Part shown: positions 25,235 to 38,675 of the stretch, in pieces
Layout of the letters: each line of letters opens with the position of its first letter
How positions within the stretch are numbered: position 1 is the first letter of the stretch
Assembly (NCBI GenBank): GCA_030390025.1
Contig: CM059432.1
Location: 2,790,001 to 2,854,000 of the forward strand
From: Squalus acanthias
Taxonomy: Eukaryota
Reading direction: 5' to 3'
Length of the DNA: 64,000 bases
The notes under the pieces: model-generated
Database searches by the model: none
What the model saw: only the letters and a program-made list of their open reading frames with translations
Told to the model about the DNA's origin: nothing
Program-made: the position numbers and the translations under genes

Positions 25235-25950
25235 TATAAGAACATAAGAATTAGGAGCAGGAGTCGGACATTCGGCCCCTCGAGCCTGCTCCACCATTCA
25301 ATAAGATCATGGCTGATCTTCGACCTCAACTCCGCTTTCCCGCCCGATCCCCATATCCCTTGATTCTCCAAAAACCTATCGATCTCAGCCTTGGATATAC
25401 TCAACGACTGAGCATCCACAGCCCTCTGGGGTAAAGAATTCCAAAGATTCACAACCCTCTGAGTGAAGAAATTCCTCCTCATCTCAGTCTTAAATGGCCG
25501 ACCCCTTATCCTGAGACTATGCCCCTAGTTCTAGACTCTCCAGCCAGGGGAAACAACCTCTCAGCATCTACCCTGCCAATCCCCCTCAGAATCTTATATG
25601 TTTCAATGAGATCGCCTCTCATTCTTCTAAACACCAGAGCGTGTCGGCCCAATCTACTCAATCTCTCCTCATAGGACAGCCCTCTCATCCCAGGAATCAA
25701 TCTAGTGAACCTTCGTTGCACCGCCTCCAAGGCAAGTATATCCTTCCTTAGATAAGGAGACCAAAACTGTGCACAGTAGTCCAGGTGTGGTCTCACCAAG
25801 GCCCTGTACAATTGTAGCAAGACTTCCTTACTCTTATACTCCAACCCCCTTGCAATAAAGGCCAACATGCCATTTGCCTCCTTATTGCTTGCTGTACCTA
25901 CATGTTAGCTTTCTGTGATTCGTGTACAAAGAGATCCAAATCCCTCTGCA
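25235..25950 (-). mobile_element. CR1 3' fragment
   Basis: ORFs 25234-25482 and 25506-25868. Confidence 0.9.
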
Positions 25951-26536
25951 TTCCAAATAAAATCAGCACTGGCACTGTTACCCGAAATGTTCAATCAAAT
26001 GAAACATTTATTGAGAATATGTAGTGGCTATGACAACAATAACTTGTTACACATCTTTGGAGTCTTTACAAAGTGCAGAGTTTGGTGCTAGTTCCGAAAC
26101 ATGGCAGGTGTCGGGGCCTGTGTTTCTACTGCAAAGGAAGTGGCAGAACATTCCAAGTACCGTTTATTGATTACTAATAATATACTTCTACCCGGTTTTC
26201 AAATTCAAAACTGATATAGTAAATATAATATAGTTTTAGTGCTGTTTCGAAGAAAACAAAAAGCTGTCATAAAATGCGTTGTCTATCCACTTAGAGAATC
26301 TGTTCCAACAGCCACAGTATGTTGGCCGCGGTCTGTCTAAGTACTGCTATTTTACAACCGGAATGTTGGATAATGATACACGATGTAAGCCACTGGAGTC
26401 TCCCGGCACATTCAGGTTCAGAAGCTTTGCATTTGCTGAGATACACAAAGAACGAGAAAACCTTAAACCGAATCAGACGGTATGCATCTTTCTTTCAGTA
26501 CAGAACATTTTAGATTAATGAGCTTTCGGTCCAAAC

Positions 26537-26712
26537 TAATGTTCCCTGTAATTCCCCCCCCCTCCTCCACCCCCCCCGTGTGCGGTCCCTTTAACGGGCT
26601 GCGCGGCCAATTTCAGATTTTCGCGTGTGCGCGGTTTCTTCCATTGTAAAGCCGGTCGGTGAGTGGCCTGAGCGGGACCTCCAGACCGCCGCGCCGATTG
26701 GCGGGAACGTTG
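26537..26712. mobile_element. hAT-type MITE with a perfect 8-bp TSD
   Basis: TIR taatgttccc / gggaacgttg; gtccaaac duplicated at 26529-26536 and 26713-26720. Relatives at 5470-5603, 34242-34398 and about 23200-23397. Confidence 0.8.
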
Positions 26713-27367
26713 GTCCAAACTCTCCCACTCTTAACAACCGAATCCCGTCCTTATGAGACCTTTTGATCTGGAAGATTTGCAATTAATGTGCATTTTATTA
26801 AACCGAGCTCAACTTACCATATTTTATGAATTAAAAAACTGATTTTTCTATTCAATGAATGCTTTCCTGGGGTGGCAGCATTGCGCAAACGTGCGCATTT
26901 TATCCAATTGCTCCACTTTCAACAAAAAGCATTCTAAAACACGGATTATATAGAACTATTGTAAAAATGCTATTCTGTTCCGTATACATCATTCTTTCGA
27001 ACAAAGAAAATTAGCCATCGACACTCTTGACAAGAGAGTGTGTGGTATAAATCTGCAACGCTGATGTAATTGGTCAACACTGGTAACATCACAGCAGTTA
27101 ATGCACATCAGGACTTAAACCTAATCCCATAAATACAACCCACGCAGTGTACTGCCTGTGTAACATGCCTTTCAACAGGATTCTGCTGGTTTGATGGAGG
27201 GCTGTATAAAAGAAACCTTCAATTCAATGACCAACACCATTCTGTTCCCACTTGTTGCCGGCGGGGGGGGGGGGGGGGGGGGAGTCCAAAACTAGGGGCC
27301 ATCAATATAAGATAGTCACTAATGAATCCAGTAAGAAATTCAGGAGAAACTTCTCCACAAGGAGAAG

Positions 27368-27838
27368 TTTTTTGTTTATTTATTTGTTCCTGTGATGTGG
27401 GCGTCGCTGGCAAGGCCAGCATTTATTGCCCATCCCTAATTGCCCTTGAGAAGGTGGTGGTGAGCCGCCTTCTTGAACCGCTGCAGTCCGTGTGGTGAAG
27501 GTGCTCCCACGGCGCTGACTTTGTCGTAGCGGTTTGGTACAACTGAGTGTCTCGCTCGGCCATTTCAGAGGGGCAGTTAAGAGTCAACCACATTGCTGTG
27601 GGTCTGGAGTCACATATCGGCCAGACCGAGTAAGGACGGCAGATTTCCTTCCCTAAATGACCAGATGGGTTTTTCTGACAATCCGGTAGTTTCATGGTCA
27701 CCATTAACTGATACTAGCTTTTTAATTCCAAATGTATTTAATTAACTAAATTTAAATTCCCCAGCTGCCGTGGTGGGATTTGAACTCACATCTCTGGATT
27801 ACTAGCCCAGTAACATAACCACTATGCTACCGTAACCC
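27368..27838 (-). mobile_element. tRNA-Thr-like SINE with a second-group CR1 tail, inserted in a CR1 fragment (27283-28030, +)
   Basis: Reverse match to 62540-63040. Confidence 0.8.
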
Positions 27839-28514
27839 CTAATGTACAAATTGTTGAGGTGAATAGCATAGATGCGTTTAAGGGGAAGCTAGATAAGTAC
27901 ATGAGGGAGAAAGGAATAGAAGGATATGTTGATGGGGTGAGATGAAGAGGGGTGGGAGGAGGCGCGAGTGGAGCATAAACACCGGCACGGACCAGTTGGG
28001 CCGAATGGCCTGTTTCTGTGCTGTACATTCTGTGTAAATCAATGCACTACTTTACTTGTTAATGTTAGGCCAATAGTGGTAAGATATGATTCAGTGGCAT
28101 TGGAACCGGTTTTCTAATTAACCCATTTTTCAGGTTCAAAGTATATGTTATACCTAATAAAATAATCACACATTACAATTTCCAGACAGGCAAGACTTAA
28201 GTTTTAAGATACAGATGAATGCGAAAATGATGAGACCAACATTGACCCCACTTCTTTCCTCTTCGATCTTATTGTGCAGAAACGCAATAAAAAAAATGTC
28301 TAAAGCATTGTTCAATAGTAATCAGTTCAAGGTAAACAGAACATTCTTCTAATCCTGCTTTCAATTAACTTGACTGAAAAATTTTAAAAGTCATTAATTT
28401 CAAGCCCCCTAAGCTAAGTTGTGTGCACTTAAGCTTTAAGTACTGCAAAAAACTACAGTTCCGACCTAATTGCAATGTACTGTAATGCAATGATAGAGTT
28501 CCAATGCATGACTT

Positions 28515-29365
28515 CATGCGCTCCTCTAATTCTGGTCTCTTGAGCATCCTCGATTTAATCGCTCCACCAATGGCGGCCGTGCCTTCAGCTGCCTGGGCCC
28601 TAAGCTCTGGAATTCCCTCCCTAAACCTCTCCGCCTCACTCTCCTCCATTAAGACGCTCCTTAAAACCTCCCTCTTTGACCAAGCTTTTGGTCGCCTGTC
28701 CTAATATCTCCTTATGTGGCTCGGTGTCAAATTTTTTGTCTTGTAACACTCCTTGGGACGTTTTACTACGTTAAAGGCGCTATATAAATGCAAGTTGCTG
28801 TTGCTGGTACGATGCACCTTAATGCTTGCAATCCCTCAGAGGGTTGAATCTCTGCACGTGAAGGCTTTGGCGAGTGTGTGGAAGAGATTTACTAGAATGG
28901 TTCCAGGGATGAGGGATTTCAGTTATGTGGAGAGACTGGAGAAGCTGGGGTTGTTCTCCTTAGAGCAGAGAAGGCTAAGAGGAGATTTGATGGAGGTGAT
29001 TAAAATCATGAAGGGTTTAGACAGAGTAGATAAAGAGAAACTGTTTCCAATGGCTGAAGGGTCGATAACCAGAGGGGACACAGATTTAAGGTGATTGGCA
29101 AAAGAACCAGAGGCGACATGAGGAAAACCTTTTTACGCAACGAGTGGTTGGGATTTGGAATGCGCTGCCTGATAGAGTGGTGGAGACAGATTCAATAGTA
29201 GCTTTCAAAAGGGAATTGGATAAATACTTGAAGGAGAAAAAATTGCAGGGATATGGGGAAAGAGCGGGGGGAGCGGGACTAACTGAATTGCTCTTCGAAA
29301 GAGCCGGCACAGACTCGATGGGCCAAATGGCCTGCTTCTGTGCTGTACTATTCTATGATTCTATA
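28515..29365 (+). mobile_element. L2 3' end (28515-28805) followed by a CR1 3' fragment (28857-29365)
   Basis: L2 tail aaaggcgctatataaatgcaagttg; CR1 RFTRMVPG motif. Confidence 0.85.
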
Positions 29366-30252
29366 ATCTCAATCACAGTAAGAGGTGCTGGCTGAAAGGA
29401 AGTAGGCAATGGAGCTGGGCTATTCGGGGGTGATGTCAGGAAGCACTTCTTCACACAAAGGGTGGTGGAAATCTGGAACACTCCCCCCAAAAAGGTGTTG
29501 AGGCTGGGGGGTCAATTGAAAATTTCAAAACTGAGATTGATCGATTTTTATTAGGCAAGGGGTATTAAGGGTTATGGAACCAAGGCGGGTGGATGGAGAT
29601 AAGATACAGATCAGCAATGATCTAATTGAATGGCGGAACAGGCTCGAGGGGCTGAATGGCCTCCTCCTGTTCCTATTTCACCAAATGGTAGTGGCTGGCT
29701 GTGGGGGAAGAATCACAAACAGCCCATTAGTTCATCTCTTTGTGGCCAATTATTGACTGATCCATTGGCCTGACCTCTTGTTGGGTGAATGCTCCATGAT
29801 GGAGGGAGACTAGAGATGGGATACAGGAAAAAAAAAGCCCTTTTTTTGAAAGATATGACAAATCATGAGCTTCAGCGCACAGACTCAATAAAAAGAACTT
29901 TGTATTTATAGAGCTACCTTGCACGACCTCAGGACGTCCCAAAGTAATTTTGAAGTTTTGTAATGTAGTGAACTCGCGCACAGCAAGCTCCCGCACACAG
30001 CAATAATCCAGGACAGGATCCTACCCCTTGAGTACTTGAAAAACATTCCCTTTATCTAACATTTCTTTAAAAAAATTCTAAATGCAAATGGAGAAACAAA
30101 ATTTCACCTGTTAGTATATTTATAGAATCATAGAAATTTACAGCGCAGGAGGCCATTTGGCCCATTGTGCCCATGCTGGATTTAATCTCATCTGTGCAAC
30201 TGTTACTTCATCCATAGCCAATTAGTGTTTTTTTTTGGCTGCGTTCAAACTA

Positions 30253-30695
30253 ACGTGGACAGACTGGAGAAGCTGGGGTTGTTCTCCTTAGAGCAGGAGC
30301 GGAGGGGGGGTCTGAGATTTGATAGAGGTGTTTAAAATCATGAAGGATTTCGACGGAGTACATAAAGAGAAACCGTTTCCAATGGCTGGAGGGTCGATAA
30401 CCAGAGGGCACAGATTTAAGGTGATTGGCAAAAGAACCAGAGGCGACATGAGGAAAACCTTTTTTTTTACGCAACGAGTGGTTAGGATTTGGAATGCGCT
30501 GCTTGATTGGGTGGTGGAGACAGAATCATTAGTAGCCTTCAAAAGGAAATTAGGTAAATACTTGGCGAAGAAATTGTAGGGATATGGGGAAAGAGCGGGG
30601 GGAGTGGGACTAACTGGATTGCTCTTCGAAAGAGCCGGCGCAGACTCGATGGGCCGAATGGCCTCCTTCTGTGCTGCACTTTTCGATGATTCTAT
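30253..30695 (+). mobile_element. CR1 3' fragment
   Basis: ORF 30319-30579. Confidence 0.85.
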
Positions 30696-31025
30696 CCAAC
30701 TTGAATGTTAGACTACCAGATGTTCCCGTTGAGACAGTGGAAGCTGAATAAGGGAGCTGTCCTTCAATTATGCTCAAGAAAGCTCAGCAACATGCTGTAG
30801 AAGGAATTGTAACTTGTTGGAAATGTGTTCTGCCGATAGACATCTCTCCCCAGCACAATTCTTGGCACACAAGGACTCGAGCTATCCTATATGAGCACTG
30901 TGCCTCAACATTGCAAGTACGGGTAGGTCTTTAAGCGAAGTCTATAAAAGACTGAAGGGCTGGTGTATTATTGGAATTGCAATCCTTTCTTCCGGAGAAT
31001 CCCAAATAGTCAGCTCCAGTCGTGT

Positions 31026-31801
31026 GTCAGCCGTGGCTCAGTGGGCAGCTCTCTCGCCTCTGAGTCAGTAGGTCGTGGGTTCAAGTCTCACTCCAGAGAC
31101 TTGAGCACAAAATGTAGGCTTACGCTCCCAGTGCAGTGCTGAGGGAGTGCTGCACTGTCGGAGGTGCTGTCTTTTGGATGAGACGTTAAACCGAGGCAAC
31201 GTCTGCCCTCTCAGGTGGACGGAGAAGATCCCAGGGCCACTATTTCGAAGAAGAATCACAGAACCCCACAGTGCAGATAGAGGCCATTTCGGCCCATCGA
31301 GCCTGCACCGACACATATCCCACCCTATCCCCGTAACCCCACGTATTTAATCCCCCTAACACTAAGGATCAATTTATCATAGCCAAATCAACCTAACCCG
31401 CACATCTTTGGACTGTGGGAGGAAACCGGAGCACCCGGAGGAAACCCACGCAGACACGGGGAGAATGTGCAAACTCCACACAGACATTCACCCGAGGCCG
31501 GATTCGAACCCGGGTCCCTGGCGCTGTGAGGCAACAGTGCTAACCACTATGCCACCGTGTTGCAGGGGAGTTCTCCCCGGTGTCCTGGGGCCAATATTTA
31601 TCCCTCAATCAACATCACGAAAACAGATTATCTGGTCATTATCACATTGCTGTTTGTGGGAGCTTGCTGTGCGCAGATTGGCTGCCGCGTTTCCCACATT
31701 ACAACAGTGGCTACAGTTCAAAAAGTACTTCATTGGCTGTAAAGCGCTTTGGGACGTTCGGTGGTCGTGAAAGGTGCTGTAGAAATGCAAGTCTTTCTTT
31801 C
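31026..31801 (+). mobile_element. DeuSINE interrupted by an HE1 SINE
   Basis: Head and Deu domain at 31026-31252; body resumes at 31562. Confidence 0.85.
31253..31561 (-). mobile_element. HE1-like V-SINE
   Basis: tRNA head ggtggcatagtggttagcactg...ggttcgaatcc, V domain gtgggtttcctccgggtgctccggtttcctcccacagtcc, CR1-derived tail. Confidence 0.9.
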
Positions 31802-32559
31802 TTAATGGACAGGGTGCTTAACCAATCGCAGAGCGCTCCAGGGCATGACTCATTGGGGGGGGGCAATTTTAACCTAATGGGCCGGGCGGGAGACCCACGG
31901 GATCGGGTGAAAGGCGAGATTTATACCTTACTCTCCAGTGACTTCTACCGAGAGTGAAATCGGACGGGGCGTGAAACCAGCGTCACCCCCGATCCCATCA
32001 ATGGGCGGGTTAGGTTGTGCGTCAATGTGACTCACCTCACTGGAATAGCAGAATGTCGAGACAGGGATCCTAGTATGCTGCCATATGGTCCCGATTTTAA
32101 CTCCGGGTGGATTCCCCGCTCAGGCCTGAGTTAAAATCACAGTCGGGCCGCAATGATGTCATCGGGCCGCAACACACACATGTAAAGAAGGACCCCCGTT
32201 GGCTCCGGGCGCCTGTCCTCGCCGCCTGCTCAGGAGAGCGGGTTAAAATCGCAGATGTTGAGATCGTGGCGGCTTTCGGACAGGTGAGAGCCCGGGGCGA
32301 TTTAACTGCCCGCCCGCCAGAGAGCATCAACAGCAAAAGACTGCTTCTACTTCGAAATTCTAGGACAAAAGCAACAATGGTATTTTGTAAAAAAGAAACG
32401 TATTTTCTACGTGTTAAAATTCAACAAATTGAGAACCTGCTATTGGCAAAGAAAACGCAAGAACTAGCCTTGAGAGCTGGATGAGATTGGCGATATTTTC
32501 TGAGATGACATTTAGCCCAAGTGATTTCCCTCGAGGCATAAAGCAGTCAAGCATTATTA

Positions 32560-33733
32560 GAAAACATAGAAACATAGAAAAATAGGAGCAGGAGTCAGCC
32601 ATTCGGCCCTTCGAGCCTGCTCCGCCATTCAATATGATCATGGCTGATCCTCTATCTCAATACCATATTCCCGCTCTCTCCCCATACCCCTTGATGCCTT
32701 TTGCGTCTAGAAATCTATCTATCTCCTTCTTAAATATATTCAGTGACTTGGTCTCCACAGCCTTCTGTGGTAGAGAATTCCACAGGTTCACCACCCTCTG
32801 AGTGAAGAAATTTCTCCTCATCTCAGTCCTAAATGTCCTACCCTGTGTCCTGAGACTGTGACCCCTTGTTCTAGAGCCCCCAGCCAGGGGAAACATCCTC
32901 CCTGCATCCAGTCTGTCTAGTCCTGTCAGAATTTTATACGTTTCAATGAGTTCCCCTCTCATTCTTCTAAACGCTAGTGAATACAGGCCTAGTCGACCCA
33001 ATCTCTCCTCATACGACAGTCCTGCCATCCCAGGAATCAGTCTGGTGAACCTTCGCTGCACTCCCTCTATTGAAAGTACAGGAAATACTTTATTAACTGG
33101 CACCCAAATATCCGGAAATCTCTCTTAACCGGCAAAATTCTTGAGTAGGTAACCGGGGTTTTCCTTCATCTCTCGTTTAAAATTAACTTTAAAAAAAACC
33201 CCGAGGCGTTTGCCTTGTATCGGAGCGTGTAGATTGGGAGGGGAATGTGCAGCCCGGGTAGGCAGCGGACACGACAGATGGTCAGCTGGCGGTCACCGGG
33301 GAGACGGAGCTCCGAATACAGGCGCATGTCAATGTGTACGGGGCTCTCGTACGTTGGGAGATATAACTCTCCGTTATCCGGACTTTTTGATAAACCGGCA
33401 CCACGCCGGTCCCGTCGGTGCCGGTTAATAAAGAGTTTCCTGTATATCCATTCTCACGTAAGGAGACCAAAACTGCACACAGTACTCCAGGTGTGGTCTC
33501 ACCAAGGCCCTGTATAACTGTAGTAAGACATCCTTGTTCCTGTACTCAAATCCTCTTGCAATGAAGGCCAACATACCATTCGCCTTCCTAACTGCTTGCT
33601 GCACCTGCATGTTTGCTTTCAGTGACTGGTGTACAAGGACACCCAGGTCCCTTTGTACATCAACATTTCCCAATCTATCACCATTTAAATAATACTCTGC
33701 CTTTCTGTTTTTCTTACTGAAGTGGATAACTTC
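32560..33733 (-). mobile_element. CR1 3' fragment interrupted by a TA-flanked MITE
   Basis: ORFs 32657-33103 and 33425-33967 (partial). Confidence 0.88.
33079..33442. mobile_element. Tc1/mariner (pogo/Tigger-like) MITE
   Basis: TA|caggaaatactttattaactggcacc ... ggtgccggttaataaagagtttcctg|TA. Confidence 0.85.
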
Positions 33734-34050
33734 TACAAGATGCACTGCAGCAACTCGCCAAGGCTTCTTCGGCAGCACCTCCCAAACCCGCGACCTCTTC
33801 CACCTAGAAGGACAAGGGCAGCACCTCCAAGTTCCCCTCCAAGTCACACACCATCCTGACTTAGAAGTATATCGCCGATCCTTCATCGTCGCTGGGTCAA
33901 ATTCCTGGAATTCCCTCCCTGACCGCACTGTGGGAGCACCTTCACCACACGGACTGCAGCGGTTCAAGGCGGCGGCTCACCACCACCTTCTCAAGGGCAA
34001 CTAGGGATGGGCAATAAATGCCGGCCTTGCCAGCGACGCCCAGATCCCAT
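33734..34050 (+). mobile_element. Second-group CR1 3' tail
   Basis: Same tail as 18955-19330 in the opposite orientation. Confidence 0.85.
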
Positions 34051-34399
34051 AAACGAATAAAAAAAAAATGTTTTTTTAAAAATGTATCCACGTTATACTG
34101 CATCTGCCATGTTTTTGCCTATTATTCCTACAGCTGCAACAACAAGACCCAACTTCTAAAGTCTACCTGAGGACGGACGGGGCTAATGCACCAGAGATCA
34201 ACTTACACAGGTTTCTCTTTTTGCTAAAATGCACAGGTGAGCAATGTTTCCCCCCCCCCCCCCCACCCACCCAAGGCGCATGGCCGCGCGTCAATCGGGA
34301 GGCCTCGCGCAGGCCGCTGGAAGAAACCGCGGGCGCGCAGCAAATTTACAGGGACCGCGCACGGTGGGGGGGGGGAAAAAAAATTAGAGGGAACATTGA

Positions 34400-34772
34400 C
34401 AGTAAGCCAACTATTTTATTCCGATGCTGCCAAATTGACACAAAAAAAAAAGGTTTCGAGAACGAATTTCTTCAATGCAAAGATTTCTGAATTTGGGGAG
34501 CTGTTGCCTGAGGTTATGCCAAGTCACTTTCAAGAACAAAAAAAAACCTCTTCTAACAGAATGATAAATATTTCATTGATGTCCCACAAGCTTCAAACGT
34601 GGCTTCAGATGCAGTCTGTGGAAATGACATGTTGCGATGTTCAGTCTGGTGACCAACAGTCAGTACCTTTAACCAAATGCACAGGAAATATGTTTTTAAA
34701 ATTAATTTTTTTTTAATAATTTTTTTTTTTTGCTCTCTCTCTCTTTCTCTCTCTCTTTACGAGTGTGTCCGT
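34400..34772 (-). other. Probable KCTD1 3' UTR with candidate polyadenylation signal
   Basis: Non-repeat AT-rich sequence directly after the stop codon; AATAAA on the minus strand at 34415-34420. The true 3' end cannot be determined from DNA alone. Confidence 0.45.
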
Positions 34773-34931
34773 TCAGTCCAGCGGCTCCTGTTTTATTCGA
34801 ATGACGGGCGGCACACGGGACAATCTCCTGATTTCCCGCCTCAGTACATATTCGCTAAACTGGGAAGAGTCAACGCCTCCGCCGCTGGAACCAACTATTT
34901 CGAATCCCTTCAGTTGCAATCGCTCCAAGAC
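34773..34931 (-). CDS. KCTD1: KCTD1 last coding exon (C-terminus and stop codon)
   Basis: [55 protein letters not shown]; acceptor cggcag|GTC. Exon sum from the ATG is 164+145+306+159 = 774 nt = 257 aa + stop. Confidence 0.96.
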   Translation of the reverse strand, partial: VLERLQLKGFEIVGSSGGGVDSSQFSEYVLRREIRRLSRVPPVIRIKQEPLD

Positions 34932-36254
34932 CTGCCGGAGGAAATGGAGAGAGGTGAAGCATGCGAGCGAGCAGGCCACATTAAACTTTTATGCCCTCAA
35001 TCTCGCCAGAGAGAGAGAGAAACACAGCGCATCTCCGAGCCAGGACTGCCATTCAAGCTCTAGGCCACCCAAAGATTGGCGTCTGTTAACAATTTCTATT
35101 ATTCATTTAAATGTTTGGGAAAGAAGTCACCTGAAACAGACATTTGGCAAATCAAAGATTTTAATGTAATCCAAGCCAATTTTGTTTTGCAAAAAAAAAA
35201 TTGCAATTTGCGAAACAGCACAAGACATTCCCCAGAGATTAACAACACATGCGACAAACAGCTTCTAACACTGAAATTTTTTTGACTAAAACCTCTCTAA
35301 ATTAGCCACTTAACTGAACATTCCCCTGAATGCATTAGCATTCTGCCCCTGTTGTAAGTCGAAGGTTATTGTAAGAACATGAGAAATAGCAGCAGGAGTC
35401 GGCCATTCGCCCCTTCAGTTTTTATTGTGCAGTAAAACGAGTGGTTAGGATTCGAAACGCGCTGCCTGATAGGGCAGTGGATACAGAGTCAATAGCAGCC
35501 TTCAAAAGGGAATTGGATAAATACTTGAAGGAGAATTAATTGCAGGGATATGGGGAAAGAGCGGGGGGGAGTGGGACTAACTGGATCGCTCTTCGAAAGA
35601 GCCGGCGCAGACTGGATGGGCCGAAAGGCCTCCTTCTGTGCTGTAACCATTCTATATGATTCTGTCAAAATAGTTTTTTTTGCCAATGAAACTTTATGGT
35701 TTGAACTGTCCATGGTCTCTTATCGAGCAAGAGAACGGTGAGCACGGGCTCGATGGGCCGAATGGCCTCCTTCTGTGCTGTAACCATTCTACGATTCTAA
35801 GAATAAAAAAGTACTTCATTGGCTGTAAAGCGATTTGGGACGTCCTGAGGTCGGGAAAAGGCGCTATAGAAATGAAAGATTGAACAGGCTGGGGCTCTTT
35901 ACTGTAGAAGAGAGAATGCTCAGCGGTGACCTGATAGAGGACTTTAAGATTACGAAGGGTTCGATAGGGCAGACATAGAGAAGATTTTTCCACTTGTGGG
36001 GAAGTCCAAAACTAGGGGCTATAAATATAAGATAGTCACTAATAAATCCAATAGGGAATTCAGGAGAAACTTCTTTACCCAGAGAGTGGGGAGAATGTGG
36101 AACTCGCTACCACAGGGAGAGGCTGAGGCGAATAACAGAGATTCATTTAAGAGGAAGCTCGATAAACACATGAGGGAGAAAGGAATAGCTGATCGGGTGA
36201 GATGAAGTAGGGTGGGAGGAGGCTTGTATGGAGCATGGACCAGTACGTAAACTT

Positions 36255-37675
36255 GAGGTGATCCAAAGCTCGGCTGCCCGTGTCCTAACTCGCACCAAGT
36301 CCCGTTCACCCATCACCCCCGTGTCCTAACTCGCACTAAGTCCCGTTCACCCATCACCCCGTGCTCTCTGACCTACAGTGGCTCCTGGTTAAGCAACACC
36401 TCGATTTCAAAATTCTTATCCTTCTTTTCAAATCCCTCCATGGCCTCACCCCCCTCCCTATCTCTCTAATCTCCTTCGGCCCCACAACCCTCCCGAGATC
36501 TCTGCGCTCCTCTAATTCTGCCCTCTTGAGCATCCCTGATTATAATCGCTCAACCATTGGCGGCCGTGTCTTCTGTTGCCTCGGCCCTAAGCTCTGCAAT
36601 TCCCTGCCTAAACCTCTCCGCCTCTCTCTCCTCAAAACCTACCTCTTTGACCAAGCTTTTGGTCACCTGCCCTAATTTCTCCTTGTGCGTCTCGGTGTCA
36701 AATTTTTTCGTCTTCTAACACTCCTGTGAAGCGCCTTGGGACGTTTTACTACGTTAAAGGCACTATATAAATACAAGTTGTCGTTACTGTTGTCTGACAT
36801 CCAGTACTGGATGAGTAGAAATTTCCTCCAACTAAATATTGGGAAGACCGAAGCCAGTGTCTTCAGTCCCCGCCACAAACTCCATTCCCTAGCAACCGAC
36901 TCCATCCCTCTCCCTGGCAACTGTCTGAGGCTGAACCACACTGTTCGCAACCTTGGTGGCATATTTGACCCTGAGATGAGCTTCCGACCACATATCCGTG
37001 CCATCACTAAGACTGCCCGTTTCCACCTCCGTAACATCACCCGTCTCCGCCCTTGCCTTAGCTTATCTGCTGCTGAAACCCTCATCCATGCCTTTGTTAT
37101 CTCTAGACTTGACTATTCCAACGCACTCCTGGCCGGCCTCCCATCTTCCACCCTACGTAAACTTATCATCCAAAACTCGGCTGCCCGTGTCCTAACTCGC
37201 ACCAAGTCCCATTCGCCCATCACCCCTGTGCTCGCTGACCTACATTGGCTCCCGGTTAAGCAACGCCTCGATTTTAAATTCTCATCCTTGTTTTCAAATC
37301 CCTCCAAGGCCTCGCCCCCTCACTATCTCTGTAATCTCCTCCAGCCCTACAATCCTCCAAGATCTCTGCGCTCCTCCAATTCTGGCCTCTTGCGCATCCT
37401 CCGATTTCCATCGCTCCACCATTGGCGGCCGTGCCTTCAGCTGCCTGGGCCCTAAGCGCTAGAATTCCCTCCCTAAACTTCTCCGTCTCTCTTGCTCTCT
37501 CTCTCCTTTAAGACGTCCCTTAAAACCTACCTCGCTGACCAAGCTTTCTATCATCTGTCCGAATATCTCCTTATGTGGCTCGGTATCAAATTTTGTCTGA
37601 TAATCGCTCGTGAAGCGCCCTGGGACGTTTTACTACGTTAAAGGCACTATATAAAAGCAAGTTGTTGTTGTTGTA
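36255..37675 (+). mobile_element. Two tandem L2 LINE 3' fragments
   Basis: LSDIQYWMSRNFLQLNIGKTE..RNLG.IFD..SRLDYSNALLAG..LHWLPV; two tails; 41-bp tandem duplication at 36279-36361. Confidence 0.9.
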
Positions 37676-38047
37676 AGACTCTGTATAGCATAATGGAGTG
37701 TGCGAGAGGAGGAGGGATGCGACCAAGCATGCAGAATTTAAAATTAAACCCAATGTCTGATAGGGACATTAATGTGAAGTTTGTTTTTTATTCGTTCAAA
37801 GGATGTGGGCGTCGCTGGCAAGGCCAGCATTTATCTGGTGAAAGACCTTAGGTCAAGGAGCTCTCCGCTCCTCACACAATTGCAGCGAGACGCTGGAGTA
37901 TATTTATCACCTCACAATTTGAAAGAAAAAGCTCTTACGGTTTGCGCAGTTGGAGTAACAAATGAACAAGGGCCTAGAAATATATCTCGGGCAGTGGCGC
38001 AACACGGGCGGTATCGGGACGCCCAGTCATGAATATCAGGCGCTGTG

Positions 38048-38675
38048 TAGAATCAGAGAATGGTTACAGCACAGAAGGAGGCCATTCGGCCCATCGAGTC
38101 CGTGCCGGCTCTCTGCAAGAGCACTTCAGCTACTCCCACTCCCCCGCCCTTTCCCCGTAGCCCTGCAAATTATTTTCCTTCAGGTACTTATCCAACTGCC
38201 TTTTGAAAGCCACAATTGAATCTGCCTCCACCACCCTTTCAGGCAGTGCATTCCAGATCCTAACCACTCGCTGCGTAAAAAAGTTTTTCCTCAGGTCGCC
38301 TTTGGACCTTCTGCCAATCACCTTAAATCTGTGTCCTCTGGTTCTCGACCCTTCTGCCAATGGGAACAGTTTCTCTCTATCTACCCTGTCCAGACCGCTC
38401 ATGATTTTGAACACCTCTATCAAATCTCCTCTCAACCTTCTCTGCTCCAAGGAGAACAACCCCAGTCTATCCACATAACTGAAGTCCCTCATCCCTGGAA
38501 CCATTCTCGTAAATATTTTCTGCACCCTCTCGAAGGCCTTCACATCCTTCCTAAAGTGCGGTGCCCAGAATTGGACACAATACTCCAGTTGAGGCTGAAC
38601 CAGTGTTTTATAAAGGTTCATCATAATTTCCTCGCTGTTGTACTCTATGCCTCTATTTATGAAGCCCAGGATCCC
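38048..38675 (-). mobile_element. CR1 3' fragment (KCTD1 intron)
   Basis: ORF 38130-38624. Confidence 0.9.

Noticed and set aside
1..34000. 3' exons of a neighbouring gene such as TAF4B on the plus strand
   Set aside because: Expected from human synteny, but no TAF4-like peptide was recognisable in the ORF track or in the unique segments read.
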